A stretch of DNA of 63,676 nucleotides, filler included, from Choristocarpus tenellus KU-1152 (Eukaryota > Protista > Phaeophyceae): NCBI GenBank assembly GCA_964200185.2. It is 7 parts of 7 records of this genome, joined end to end, with 100 filler letters (N's around TTAATTAATTAA, not from the genome) between each part and the next. Parts side by side here need not be neighbours in the genome. Positions count along the whole stretch, not along the records: positions 11,633 to 34,419 come from CAXNAD020000277.1; 6 more parts are not named here. One strand, given 5' to 3'. Position 1 is the stretch's first letter. Each line of letters begins with the position of its first letter. This document shows, in pieces, positions 13,458 to 28,200 of this stretch. The notes under the pieces were generated by a model. It searched no databases. It was not told the origin of the DNA and saw nothing but the letters and a program-made list of their open reading frames with translations. The translations under genes were made by a program, and so were the position numbers.

Positions 13458-14535
13458 TCAATGTGATGAGATGCACGCGCACTTGGGACATTTGCACAGG
13501 GGATTGGTCAATAGATACACCTCGACCCATAACATACTCCTATTGGGTACACGAGGAACATTCTGTCGAATATGTGTTCTGGTAAGGTTCATCGCCGACC
13601 ACTGGCTAAGGAGACTTCAAACCGGTCAACCAACAAATTAGAACAGATGTCGACATATCTTACTGCGCGGAAGTTGGCCTATTGTTGTTGGGTGCCAATA
13701 AAGGCATGGAATGGACCCATGGAATGGACTTATCACATACGTCACAAGAGTGATGTTGCACCAGTACCGACGAGGTCTATTCACGAGGTACCTATGCCGA
13801 ACAGTTCGTAGATTTGGGCAATTCGTAGAGATGGGGAGGGGAATACATTAGTGGCCCTTTGTGAAGGTACTGGAAGAACACAAAATATGATTACGCAGGA
13901 ATTGACTGTGCCTGGTAAACCGTAACTTAAAGGGGAACCTGAGAGGGGTTTGGTACCCATTGCGGAGAAGGGTTAGAGCTAGAACATGGAGCCCGCCTTG
14001 GAGAAGAATTGTCTTTGTAGACCAAGGCCTTAGCGATGGCAAGATATGACCCCAATTTCACCCAATGAGGACGATGAGGATTGGGCATTTGGAAGTCGAC
14101 TGTTGCGATGAAATTTTTCGGTGTAGGGTACACCATTCGGGTATGCTCCTCCACCCAACATATCATATCCGTAAATGAAAGAAAAAAAAAGTCTTGATCA
14201 TGTCTATATACCTCTTTCCTGTTTTTCTGATACGCACACCAGGACAATTCGCGACAAGTCACTCATAATATACTGAAATTGGGGCATTTCGACATACATC
14301 TCGAATCTAAGTGATATTTTCCACTAGAAGAGAAGAGCGATTCTTCGGGAAATACTGCATCTTTCCAGGACTGAATGTTGAGGAAACTGGATCGCATACG
14401 TTAGATGCGAAGCAGTACAGAGGAGGAGGACGGAGGTTGAGGATGGGAGGATATGGATGAACGGATAACTCCTCCAGGGGTGGGTTTAATAGGATGACTA
14501 TCCATCCATTGATTGTTGTAACCTCTGGGACAAAT

Positions 14536-14843
14536 TGAACGTCCCTAAACGTGAATTTGAAGTTTTCATCCCAATTACTCCGATCCAATATTGTTATAAA
14601 ATGAACATCCCTGAACGTGAATTTGGAATTTTCATCCCAATTACCCCGATACAATACCGTTATAAAACATCCCTGAACGTGAATTTGGAGTTTTCATCCC
14701 AATTACCCCGATCCAATACCGTTATGAAACATCCCTGAACGTGAATTGGAATTTTCACCGCAATTACCCCGATCCAATACCGTTATGAAACATCCCTCAA
14801 CGTGAATTTGGAATTTTCATCTCAATTACCCCGATCCAATACC
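14536..14843. repeat. Tandem minisatellite, ~62-bp unit x5
   Basis: Unit catccctgaacgtgaatttggaattttcatcccaattaccccgatccaataccgttatgaaa recurs near 14542, 14608, 14670, 14732 and 14793; no unique spacers. Confidence 0.92.
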
Positions 14844-15248
14844 CCCTTTCACCCCAATATAACATCATTGAATCTCATTAGAATTTCGAGAACTCGTAAA
14901 AGTAGTAACAACGTTATCAAGCAGTTGAATTTCTCCTACTTTTGATTAAGGCGTTATGTTCTCGTGTTTGATATCCGATCTCTTGGACACTGTAAAGGAT
15001 GACACTCATTGTCAGTCTTTAATTATATGAAGTACTAGCATTTAAAAGGAAAGAAAAGGTACGTTGGATGATGTTTCATTTGTTTTCCCCCTGATACATC
15101 CCCAAAATGTCAGAGGGCATAAAAATATATGCTTATGGTGCAAATGACTAGAAATAATAAAAAATAAGACAAAATTGAAACAATTTCACGTTTGGTTTCT
15201 TTTTCCCACTTCATCGTAAGTCTGTATTGATCTTTCAATCAAAGTAGA

Positions 15249-15830
15249 GAGCGAAACCAACTGAGAGGTAGACAGGGTTGCATTTTAAGGAACCCAATAA
15301 AGACCAAAATTAACCGTTTTTTTTGTAAAACTGTTGAAAGAAACTTTGGTTTGTTGTGATTTCTGTTCGTGTGTGGAAAGTGGGAATATCAATTTTGTGT
15401 GCACTCTTCTTAGGCACACAAAACAATGAAATAGAGTATTATTGGACAGGATAAGAACGACGACTTAGAATGCAAAAGGGCTTAAACTCATTTTTGCATT
15501 GTAAGTCACATGCATTTCGTATTTTTCATCTCATAAACATAATACACAATATTGCATGCATGAACAAGTAAGAACCAAACCAAGAGGTAGGCAGGTTTGG
15601 ACCGTTTTGCATTCTAAGTCATATTTCTTACCCTGTGCAATGCTCTCTATTTCACTGTGTCGTGTATGCAATACTCTACGCAAAATTGATATTCCCCCTT
15701 TCTTTCTTCCCACAAAATGACATCACAATGAAGCAAAGGCTCTCTCTGCAATTGTACAAAATGGTGTCTTTTTACCCTTTCTTGGGATCCTTAAAATGCA
15801 ACCCTGCCTACCTCTCAGTTGATTTGACTC
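15249..15830. mobile_element. Non-autonomous element with long (~50-80 bp) imperfect TIRs
   Basis: caactgagaggtagacagggttgcattttaagga(a)cccaa at ~15258-15297 and its reverse complement at ~15782-15821; internal inverted pair gacttagaatgcaaaa / ttttgcattctaagtc. Confidence 0.7.
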
Positions 15831-17234
15831 TAATTCAAAACCTTTGGTAGTTGGTGCTGGCCACCGTTTCACATCAAGTATGATCATAACTAGTATATTT
15901 ATCACTGCCCTCTATTTAATATTACCACCACGAGCAGTAGCAGCAGCAGTAGCAGTAGCACTACCAGAAGCTAAGTATGATCCCATACTGTTGTCTTCTT
16001 CACTACAGAACGCTCCATCCAGATATACATTGTTGTAATACTATTCATACTGCTAGTAGTGTCATCGCACGCATTGTTGTTGTTGTAGCAGTCGTTTGTA
16101 TGCATATATACATTCATCACCACTACCATTCGCTGCGACAAGTTTAAACCTATACAACAGCGAGTTATGTGCGTAAGAGGGAGGCACTGGACCCACTCAT
16201 TCACAGTATAACACGAGGTCCTGAAAACGCTTAACACAAGGAATGCTCAACACCATCGTGCTCAACCCTAGTAGCACCTCAATGAGACTATTTAGGCTGG
16301 GGTCCTCCCCAGCAACAACTAGTTGCCTTATCCACAAAACTTGTCAATTTTGTGTTGACATCTAAAGGAAAATTGATTATTTCGGAATAGATGCGATATA
16401 GTCCTGAGTTTTGAAAATTCGAAGTTGGTCACCAAAAGTTGAGTCTTAATCAAAGAAATTTGGTGCTACATCTCCGTATGATGACAATGTTGTGTGTAGG
16501 GCTCTGAATATAATACATTGGTATCGTTTTTATGCTATCTTCTTACCTCTCTATCCAAAGCATCAAAAACTATCCAAAAACGTTCCTCTTTGACTTGTGT
16601 CTCTCTATACTACAGATAGATGTATACTTCCTTTCCTAAGTGTTTTTCATCAAATATATGCGTTTCCTGTACAGTAAGAAATGGAATACATGCCCCACCC
16701 CATTTCTTTTCTGAACTCCCCAGATACTCTCCTCCAACTAGACAACAGTTGATATCTCCCAAGCCTTCCAGAAGAGACAGTCACTTTTCCAGTCCCTATT
16801 CCATAAAAAGATACATTATTTATTGTTCATGAGTTCTGCTCTAGTAGGTGAGGAAAAACCATCACGCATTTGTACCTTCATTTTGAAGGACCACGGTCCA
16901 TGGAGATGTGACAGATGTTACCAACTTCTTGCTTCCTCCCCTCTCCCTCCATACCTCTCACCTTCAACCACGAAGAAAACACGCAATTGCTGAAGTGAAC
17001 AGTACTACATGGAAGAAACAAGTTGATGCATGGAATACTCATCTGTTATTATGTCAAAAAACACAACAAATATTTATTCCCAATAATCGATTTCATTCCA
17101 ACAACAAAACGATGATACCAAATCCCTGCTGGCATAGAGCTCCACAAAAAGAGAAGGAAATTGAGATGACAAAATACGATCACATCTCTTCAAACAAGAC
17201 AAAAAAGGGCCACCATCTCTATGGTTTTGTAACA

Positions 17235-17403
17235 GACCCAAAGTATCTGGGGGGATTCTACACCAGGGTGTCCATTTGACCATAACCAGGAAAAGTGCCC
17301 TTACATTATCCATCTGACATATGCAACCAAATCACACAAAAATCGCGACATGAAAAAATTGGCCCCAAATCGACAGCCCCCCCTCCCCCAGATACTTTGA
17401 GCC
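17235..17403. mobile_element. MITE family 2
   Basis: gacccaaagtatctgggggg...cccccagatactttgagcc; flanks aca/aca. Confidence 0.88.
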
Positions 17404-19262
17404 ACAACAAAATGCATCACATTATACACAGCAACTAACACATTGTGTCTGACTTATTGTCCCCATCTCAAAGGGCCTAACATAGCCTCTGTTGCTCTTT
17501 TTCACTGCTCCTGCTGTCGGAAGTAGCAACCACTCCAAATTGATTTGACGCCTTGCTACAAACCATATCCACTCCCTAAGTATGAAAGTATTGATTTCAT
17601 GCTCATAGCTTGTAGGTGGTTCCACCCTTCTAGCTCATTCCACTGAAGTAATGGCCAGCTGCAGCTGACACCCCTACATAACACTGAACTCTCACAAATT
17701 TTTTGGCACCTTAACACAGAGTGGTCTCTGCCTTCACTGAGTCATCATCTTGTCTATCTCTAGCAATCGAATCTGTGTTGCCACTGTGTATTCATGGTAC
17801 AGCGGGATACTTCACTGAGTCGGACAGAGTTATCGAAAATGCGTTTCTTCTGTCTCATAGAGTATAGAGCTCTACGGGGGATGGGAAAGGAGCCCAACAA
17901 ATATAAAATATTTATCTCACCATCGACACAAAACAAAACATTGAGACTGGAGATGGAGAGAAGATGTTACATTGTGCTTTAAGACCTTAAAGTAGATAAA
18001 AACTTAAAACATGCAGATTTCCAACTCTTTAAGCCAGACAAAGGGAGAGTGAAAAGAGAAAGGAATCACACAAAAAGATAAAAAAAGAGACAAATCTTTG
18101 AACTAAAAAAAAATCATGCACTCATAAACACTCTGTCTGAAAATCAAATCATCACAACGGGTCCCCATTTCACTTGTTCTAACCACAATTGTTTCTCAAA
18201 CCAGAACATGGTTTCAAGCCTCAAGCATGGAATTCCTCCCCTTCCACCAACATAAATGAAACAACCTCAGACATGATGCTGTCCACTTCGATCCCCTCAG
18301 GTGGCTCAGTCAAGTACAAACATAATCTCGAGCAAGCTCACACCTCAGATTTTCTTGTTACGAAGAGCACCAACAGTCAAATGTAGACAGATACATCTTG
18401 CACATAGTAACAGATAGAGAGGAGTACCTAAGATTTGATAAAATCTTCTTGAGTGGTAACAATTGTACTACATATCACCAATTACCTCCAAAGCATCCTC
18501 TTATGAGGTGCCCATCCCATGTGCCGTCAACTGCCCCAGCAGCTGCTAGGATACAACCACCATGATCACAAGACACATTTGTACTAACCCGCTGTAGGCC
18601 AAACACATCATGGGTTAAAATTCCATACAGGTACGCTCAACAACTAAAAAAATAAAACAATTATGGGTGCAAGAGGAGCGTTTGGCATCAACAAACATCC
18701 TACAACAAACGAAGGCTACTTTAAAACCAATTGTTGCCACCAACTCTGTGAATCAATGAGAGGCTCTATCTAAAGAGGGAAGCAGCTACCCCTACATAGA
18801 TCACAAGGCAATTGAAAAACTCGTATGATGTCTACGGTGGGATCTCTTTCCCCCTTCTGTTGTTCTACCCTACACAAATTTCCACATTTCACCAGGGGCT
18901 AGTGAGTCAATGGCCAACAACTCTCCCAGACAGCTGCTCGGGCAGGAGAGGGGTGTGTGTGTTTGTGTGGGTTCATCCACACACATCCACTCACCTGCCC
19001 ACCACATTCCAGAGGGACTTCATTTCCTCACACCCACAACAAAGTGTAAGAGGTGAAATCAACAATCAAACAAAAAAGGAATTGTATGTACAAGAACCCG
19101 TCCAAGATTGGAGTTCACACAACCAAGGACCAGACAGGATCGTATTCCATAATCACTCACCACCCTCCACAGCATCCTTTTTTTTGTACTTTCCCCTTTC
19201 TCAGAATCTGATAGGGGAACATGCCAAAAGTCACACATTCTGGAAAGCAACCAAGCATTTTA

Positions 19263-22200
19263 CTACTTGAATCCAGAGGTGCTGCCAGAGCTAGAAGGAG
19301 TGGTTTGGTGCCCTGATGAGGTTTGCATGGATGCATAGCTAGGTGCTGCCACACCTGTAGCGGAGGAAGGGAGAGAGATGGAGCTGGGGGTCTTGGCCCG
19401 GACAGCTGCCACACCTGCTCCTTCCTGCAATGGTATTTCCCCAGTAAGTAAGTCTGTGGCAATTGATAGTGCCACCTCCTTTTTGTGAAGTTCTGTCTCC
19501 AGGCGTTCCATCTCCACATCCTGAATATTAGTGCATTATAACGTTCGTAGGTGGGGGGGGAGCGAGGCACAAATCAGTCAGATAAGGGAAGTCATGGTGT
19601 ACAATTTGAAATGATCTAGTCTGTGTCAGTGCTAAGCTTATCTGTCGCCACTGGCTACTCTTCCCAAGTGCAGTGAGAACAGCGTCAGCCTTCTACAACA
19701 CTACTCTTAGAAATGAAAGATGAGATCTGCCAGTAAGATTTTTTTTTAAAATCTGCAACACTGTCTTGCACAAACAGCACAGTTCAAATTTGAATCCAAT
19801 CATGTCATCGAGCCTAGACAACCTAACACAAGTAGTTGGGAGTCACAATCTCTGACCAACGGCACATAAACGCCAACTTTCTTAAAAAAAACCCCAACAT
19901 CTGTACAAGATGCACAACACACTTTGCGGTGTCAGCATGCAGCTGTAGCAGCTCACAGGCAGCTAGGACTTACCTTCTTCTCCAGTTGGCGGGCCATGCC
20001 CTCAAGGGCAGAGCTGAGGGAAGTCACTTCCCTCCGACTAGCCTCTGTTTCCTTTGTCTTTGTCTTCAACGTCTCTGAATTTTGAATAACATAGGAGAAG
20101 GGATGAGAGGAAGGCGCACATGTACTTGTGCACAACAATGAACATGTTTTTTTCCCAACTGGAAGGAAGCTGAGGAGGCAAAGGCATTCACCATGACTCC
20201 TTGTGTTGAGAAGAGGGCAAAGTTGACAGCCCCAGAACCGACAATGGCAAGTCGTTAGGTAATGCACTACATGTGATTAAGAGAGGACAGAACAACAACG
20301 CCAAACAGGCCCAGCACAGTCGGTTATCCAGTCATCACTGAACCTCTCCACAGCATCACCCTCAGCTACCCACTATCTGCAAGATGGTTCCTGCACTCTA
20401 TCCTCAAAACAGCAATCCATACACACAAGGCAAAAGCGAACCAGGGACACACCTGATAGGCGTGCCACCTCCCTATCCAATTCAGCGTATCGCCTAGTGC
20501 TTGCCTCCAGTAGTGCCTTGAAATGTACTGCCTCTCGCCTATCTTCCACTGTCGCAATCCCCTTTGGCCCCTATGGGAACATACATGTATGAATGCAAGA
20601 CATATACATGCATAGATTTGAGCAAAAAAGACCCAATGCAATTGTAAGACTGGGAATAAGAATGACATAAGCAACTTATGAATGACATAGCCCGTGGGTA
20701 TGCACTCAGAAAGAAAATAGAGTATTTCCTCTTGATTCCACCTCTTCTCATAGAAAGAGGTCAAGGGTTATGGGTGTCAACGCAACTATCTGCCCTGGAG
20801 GAACAGTGGCATCTCAATGTTTGACAACGGGCACTAGAGGGGAGGCCACAACCACAAGGGGCTGGCTTTCCAGAAGCACGGAGAAAGAGCATGAGGGCAT
20901 TGAATTGGTGGTGAGGTTTTTGCAACCTATGCAAGCCAAGCCAACTTTCATACTCTCAACTGCAACAAGTGCATGTTTGTGCTAATTGCCTCATAACATT
21001 TTCAAGACACAAACTACACTTTGAGGGTGGGGAGACAGGGGGGTGAGTCGAGGGGTATCGGGGTTGAATAATTGGCACCATTGCACTATCCAAAAGAAAA
21101 TAAAAACCTGATATTAATATATTATCGGTCAACTCATCTAGACTGTCACAATCAATAAAAAAATAATGTCGCAAAAGTCATATTTAATCTAATTTTAAAT
21201 ATAAACATACATCCCTCACTCAGTACCAATCCCCACTTACTAAACCTCTAAGAACACAAGGACCACACTAATGTATGACCCCAGCCCTCCCCCCTTCCCA
21301 CCCTCTCTCCTCTTGGTTCCTACCTTAACCTCGCCCTCTAGCTCCGATAGCTCAAAGTTGGCTGCCATCAGTAGTGAAGGATTCACCCCTGTCACACTGG
21401 CCTTACCCTCTTCCTTCACGTTGGTGCTGTTACCACCCACATTCCCTGCACAGTTGCTCGCCTGCTCCTGTTTGTACTCCTTGGCATTGCAAGATGTCTT
21501 TTGTTTCTGGGTTCCCTGTTCCTTGTTGATGGCTGCTTCTATGTTGCCATTGTCGCCTTTTGTGTTTGCGACTGGTGAAGAAGCAGAGGAGGCACCCACA
21601 GCAGCAGCAGCAGCAGCAGCCTCATCTTCCTTAGACTTTGCTACAGCCTTAGCCTTGAGGGTCTTGATCTCCTTACGAGCTGCCTTGAGCTCCACTTTGA
21701 GGCTCTCAATGATGCAACTGAATATGTACGGTTGGGTTTGAGGAGCAGGGTGGATGTGATGGGGGTAACGACCTCAGAAGCTTGTCAGCGCTGCACACTC
21801 AGCAAGAAGAGCATACTGTTACCTCAACTACAAAAGCATACGCAACAATGTGCTGCTGCTTGTACAGCTGTTAGCAGGCTCTAGTGGACTAACATGGAGA
21901 TGCAGCATCTCTCCGCAATCAATGAGCCAACAACTTGAAAAAAGATCCCTCTTGTTCTCGTCTGGGGTAACATCCAAAAACATCGATCATAGAATTGTTC
22001 CTGAACCCTTCAATTGTACTGTCAAATTGTAATCTCGCATCTCAGTACCAGGGAAGTGAACAAAGAAAAAAACAGCAGTTCGTGATTTTGAGGACAAATC
22101 CAAGACTCCCGCCTTCCAGATACGGGGGGGATCGGCAGACCAGTATGATGTAATTAATTGATACTGCCAACACACAGATATACTCATGGTGACACCAATA

Positions 22201-25200
22201 AGTTTCTTGCACAGAGAGTTACACTGTTCTTTCAATTCCATCCGTTCTATGCTTAACTCCCCCGCTCAATTCACTTGAAAAAGGTTCTCTCAGGGCCCTA
22301 CAATATATTTTCCTTCTGGTGTAGAAAGAGCAGCAAAGACGACTCAACACCCAAAATGCCAATACACCAGGAACCTGGAATAGGATTGGTTTTCTCAGAA
22401 CCATTCTGAGAAATTTCACTAAAGTGCGACATTGTTCCTTTTTGCCCTGCTCAGCTGCCGTAAATCCTATTGATGTAGAGTGCAACAACATGACCAGGCA
22501 AAAGTACAGCACAGGAGAGGACATTCATTATCATATTCATGCATTGTGCGACATCCACCACGTGGTTATTCTGGTCGAGGATTTGTTTACCTGCTGTTAC
22601 CTTTCATCTTGTTCTTCCTACAGCAAGAGTCGCAGGTACTGCATGGTTTGGTACAAAAGACTGCAGTCAAGCAAGAGCCAATGGCAATATTGTGCCAAGG
22701 TGTTTTTTCCGCCCTTTTCTCATTCTTACGCAAAAAATCCAAGGCTCAATGGCATGTATGTATTCCAGGAGATCCCCCAAAATTACCATTTTGACTTCCG
22801 CCTTTGGTTATGTGGCCACCTTAATTCTCTGCATACGATACCATGCTGCTCTGTAGCAAAAAACTAGCTTTGAATCTGCTTTAAGAGCAATGGTACAGAG
22901 GCATAAAACATGGTCTTGAATTCTTGAAACTGTTATTTCTCCTGTCTCTGTTAAACATTGAATATGTGCATATCACTATTGCTTGTTCCCTCCACCGCAG
23001 GTGTTTCTAACGTAGTCTGCACATATTTGTGATGCTCCAGACACTCTCAAGCCTTTTCTTTCAAGTATCAAGGTAGTTGTACTTCATACAAAGCCAACCA
23101 AAACCTCGGTTAAGCTCCAAGGTTGAACAACAACGCTACGATCAAAGGAGTCGTTCAATGTTTAAATAAAAAAAATCACTAGGTAGCTACAGTATCTCGT
23201 GCAGCATCTCCAAAGTTTATTCATAAATCCAACCAATCACACACAGGCATTCAGCACACTGCAACTAGGAGTACAACAACATAGGATCGTAGAACATAGG
23301 TATGACTAGAGCAAACAACTTGCAAAAAAATCTCTCAACAGCACCAACCTCTACTATTAAACTACTTCTAGTAACAAAGACAGGATCAGTGTGTCCATGC
23401 AGACGATTGAAATAATTGCAAATCAAAAGTCCCACAAAGGGGAGAGGGAGGGTACCTACCGACTGCCATTGACCTCCTCCCCAGCTTTGGCGTACACTGT
23501 ACGAAGAGCCTTCATGGCCCTCTCTAGTCGAGCCTGGGAGTCAGGTTGTTTTGGGAAGGGAGAAGCTGATAGATTGTGCAGACTCCGCTAGCAAAAATGG
23601 ATGAACATTTATAAATAGGTGTCATTTTGGGCTAGAGCACGAGCACCTGAACTTAGACAATGCAATTACACACAAAAGGTTACATCTCTGCTAGGCGGAG
23701 AGAGGATAACTCAAACACTTAAGATGTAATTTGAATAATGAATATCATCCCTTGTACACGCACCCACATATATGAACTCAAATTTCGCTCATAAACAAGA
23801 ATACATTGCAAATCAAAAAGTGTAATCAGGAGGTTTAACCTGCAAACATGCTACCAACACGTGGGGAAACCACCTAAAAAAAGGTTTCAACACCATGGGA
23901 GGTGTATATACAGGTGGTGTAGGAGAATTGTCACACATAAACAGACCTTGAATAATATTTGTAAGTATAAGTTTACAAATCTCAGCCCAAGCACTACATA
24001 CTCATATTTTACAAGATATCACAACCCCATAAGGACATATCCTGGTCAACCACGAATATACATTAGCATCATCCCACAACAGGCAAGGGCTATTGCCTAC
24101 ATACCTGACAAGCTGATAGGGCGATGGCAGCATTTTGGGCTGCTGTTGCTGCAACAAGGCCATTCTGAGGATAGATGAGTGGGGTATGTAATAAGGGGTC
24201 AAGGAGCATACATCATGGTGAACAGGAGCTTGTTGGGAGGGTCATGAATCAACACATAAAGCAGATACAATCCGATATCAATGACAGCCAACTGACGCCA
24301 AAAACAGTGGCAAGGATAGCTCAAAACCACATTGTCACTTTAAAGTTCACAAAGAGTGGGTACACAGACAACAACGGTTACCCTGTAAGCTCAAGGGTAG
24401 CACAAGTCAGGTAACCATGACCATGATTCTGGTGAAATATCACTCCAACAAAACAAGGGCAAAGGGATGCTGCCTTTACATACTATCAATACCTGGTGAT
24501 GTTGAAGGTGTCCAGGCGGAAGAGGTTGCTGATCTAGAGACATGTGCTGTGTCTGCCCCGGAACATGTCCTTGAATAGCATATTGCCCTGGGACATGACT
24601 AGCAGCAGCAAGGTGCTGGTGCTCAAGGTGCTGGTGTTGTTCAAGAAGCTGGTGTTGCTCTATGTGCTGCTGGTGCTCCAGGTGTTGTTGATGCTGATGT
24701 GGAAGGTGGTGATGTTGATGGTGTTGATGCTCATGGTGTGGTTGTGCTGGGTGAATCTGCTGCTGGTGTAGGTGCTTCCTGACTTCCTGCTGCAGTTTTT
24801 GCAAGTGGTGACTTGACTGGAGGTAGGCCAGTCGTGTGCTCTCACATAAAATACTAGATATGCTAACATAAACACAAAACACAGCCCAAGAGAAGCCACA
24901 TATACAACAGGGATGAATAACTTCACCACCCACTGAAGTACAAGGGGGTATCGGTCAAGGTAAAAAAAAAGAAGGCACCATTGGGTTCCTATTCGTTTCC
25001 AATAATTACGTAACATTAAACCACTAAAATATCATGTCTAGCTTGTCGCACCTGCTCGGTCTGTCCCCGACCTATTTCCATCCATTTTTGCTGGTGCTGC
25101 TGCCTGAGGGCCTCCTCACGCTGGCGTTGGCTTTGGCGCTCCTGCCGGCGTTGCATCAACTGGTACCAGCAAGGGAGATTCGGGAATTGAATTGAAGTGA

Positions 25201-28200
25201 GTGAAAGGCGCAAAAGGGTTGGAAGCAGGGAGATAAAGGTAGAGACAAGATACGGAGATGTATTTACAGGTGGGGCATATGAAGTCCTGACTGTGGGGTA
25301 CTCCTGCCCTCGTGCAAGTATATCTAGTAACATCATCACAGCCTATAAATTGTCAACATCGAGACAGGGGAGCTTGGTGCCATCATCACCACCACCAGAA
25401 CGCCTCTTGTCAACTCTCCTCAGCCCTGACCCTGGTGATACTACCCTAGCACCACAATAACAAATGAACACCAAGAAAAGATGAAAGGGAAAATCTAAAT
25501 GGACAATGTACACAATGGTCATTGCTAACATTTCTACTTCTACCTGCTGGTGCTGATGTTGCTGTTGCTGGAGCTGGTGGAGTTGCAAATCTCTGTGCAT
25601 CCGAATACCCTCAGCCTGGGCTGTACTCAACAGCCTCTGTTGCTGATTCTGACCCTGCATCAGCCAGCCAGGGGGAGCTTGTTGTTGGCCGCTGTAAGAA
25701 TCCCTGATCTCACTCTCCTGTTTGGAAGTGAAAGCTGAAACAGTCAAATGTTGCAGCCCCACAATCTCGTAACTTGAGGGACTTCAATTTATCACAAGAA
25801 CAAAACTCAAATATACACCATTGCCCTGTACCTCGTTACAATTTCAACAGAATATGAGAAAAATATGTAATTCATTCAGATTATCTGTCAATTCAAGGCA
25901 TTCATGGTTAGGAAAGACTTTGAATCGAGCAAAAACAAGCCTCTGAACACAGGTCTGTCTCCACCTGACTCCCTCCTCTCCCCCCACGGTCATTGGTGTT
26001 GCCACCCCCACCACTGTTTGCAGCTCTCCCATCCTCGGATCCCTTCACCATCCCATGAGAGGAAGTACCACCAGGAGAAGAAGGGTGAGATGACCTAATG
26101 CTATCCTTGGCAGATGACAGCGAGCTCGAGCTATTCCAGGGGTGCAGAGTTCCTGCAGGGTCCATCGCAGCACTGCTGCTGGGGCTATTTCTTACAGCTG
26201 TAGATGGTGCTGGCGTAGATGCAATTGTGGCTGCCTTGGATGGCGCTGGAGCAATCGGAATATACGAAGAATCAGCTTTCGCCTCCAGCTGGCGGTCCCG
26301 TTGAGCAACCTGGAATTGAGCAAGGTAGAGAACAAGGTAGGGATCAGCAGGGTGGCCGGGACACTGGTTGTGAGAACAAAAATGCATGTTATCATGAGTC
26401 AACACTGCAGTATCCATCAGTGTGGGAAAAAGATGCACACAGGGCAATGTTACCAGAGAAAAATTGATGAGACATTATCATAGCAGTCTAAGGAGCCATG
26501 GCAAAGCACTGCGCTTGTAAATAGTTCAGGGTATGGCATGCACAATAATAAACTCGGAAGGCCAGTGTGGTCCTCGCCTGGTCCTTGAGAAGGTGAATCT
26601 GTGCTCTCAGAAGTTCAAGTTCAGCACTGCTGGTGCCCATGCCTATGTTTGGTAAGACCTCAACCTTGCCACTGCCTCCCGCTCCAACCTTTGTCTGCCC
26701 AACACCACCTGTCCAACTACCACCACCCCTGCCAACTGTTCTTCCTCCAGGCTCAGGAACAGTAATACTGGTGTTGCTAAGGCTGGTCGCAGAGTTGATG
26801 GAAACTGTAGAAGTGGGCATGTCCAAGGAAGCTCCAGTAGTGGGAGGGGCTGGATCAATGGTCAGATCTTGGACAAACTTACGGCCTTTCGGCCTCTGAT
26901 CAGCTCCATCAGAGAAGCCTGGGAGGCTGACACACTGCGTACTCTCCTCACTCTCGCTTTCACCGCTACCAATCGATTCCCCATTGGAACTAACGACGGA
27001 AATCCCAGTGTTCTTGCCCTTGTCACTATAGAATTTATTCGCTCTCACATTGTCTTCCAACACCTGTTCCCTTCTTGTGCTACCATCACAGGACTTGTCC
27101 TTGTGGTGGTAGGTGGAAGGTGGGTAGGGGTACAGAGAGGGGACAAGGGAAGTAGGGACAATTAGGGGTGAGGACGACTGGGGGAATGTCATTGAAAAAG
27201 GACTGTAAGGCAAGAAACCTATCAACTCTAGATCGTACAACACTGGTAAACACAGCAGATGGAACAGAGTCCTCTAGTACCCCACAGGTATTTTGTCTTG
27301 ATTTAAGGATTTGGCGTGTACCATGAAATCACAGACCGTTGAAATCAGTTCAAGGTAACAAAAATTGGCACCAATTGATGACAGGAAAGAGTACGGGTGC
27401 TTACAGAAACGATAAATACTGACGAAGTAGTCATCATCCACGAACATGCGCATTCGAACTCTTTCACCTGGTTAGTCAAATACCTAATGCGACTTTCCAT
27501 TGCTTGGAGGTCTCCCAGTTCCCAGCCTCCTGTGTGACTCCTGGTGTTGGTTTGAATGCTGAGGATGCGGTGATTCCGACATTTAGGAGGTGCACAGTGG
27601 AACGACATTACATAGGGGAGCCATGTGTGACATGGTGAAGGGCCACAGAGGGGGGAAAGTGCAGGGAGTACTAAACTGTCTTACCTCGTACACTCGTACA
27701 GAGAGAACATACTACTAAGCGCATACATATATACACACACACATACATATATGTGCAAATTCACCCTTTCCATTCTCAGGCCAGCGACATCACATGCCAT
27801 ACCTGTCGCTTACTCCATCGCGTGAAGGGTGTACGGAGGAATGGGGTTTGTCAGAACTTCCGCGCCTTCTCATATTTTGACTCCCTGTACTTGGGCATCT
27901 CGAGCCTCCCTGTCCACTCTCGCTTCCCCCTTTCCTTCGGGCCCGGTCAACTGTCTCAATGTCGCGATCGGTTGGTGTTCTACCTGTACCTGCCTCCACT
28001 TCCATGGCCCCGACATCATCCCTAGTACGTGACACACCCCTTGTGCACCCATCGACGCACCGTTGTAATGAATCAGAAGAGCAACAGGAGTAGCCACGAG
28101 GAGCTGAGCCATGTGATTTATCATGTGAGGTGTGTTGAACTTGATCACGGGCATTAGTCACAGCTCTCTTGGAAGGAGGATCGTCTCCTTCGCCTTGATT

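Noticed and set aside
14536-14843. CRISPR-like periodicity (~62 bp)
   Set aside because: The whole unit repeats with no unique spacers, there are no cas genes, and the context is eukaryotic.
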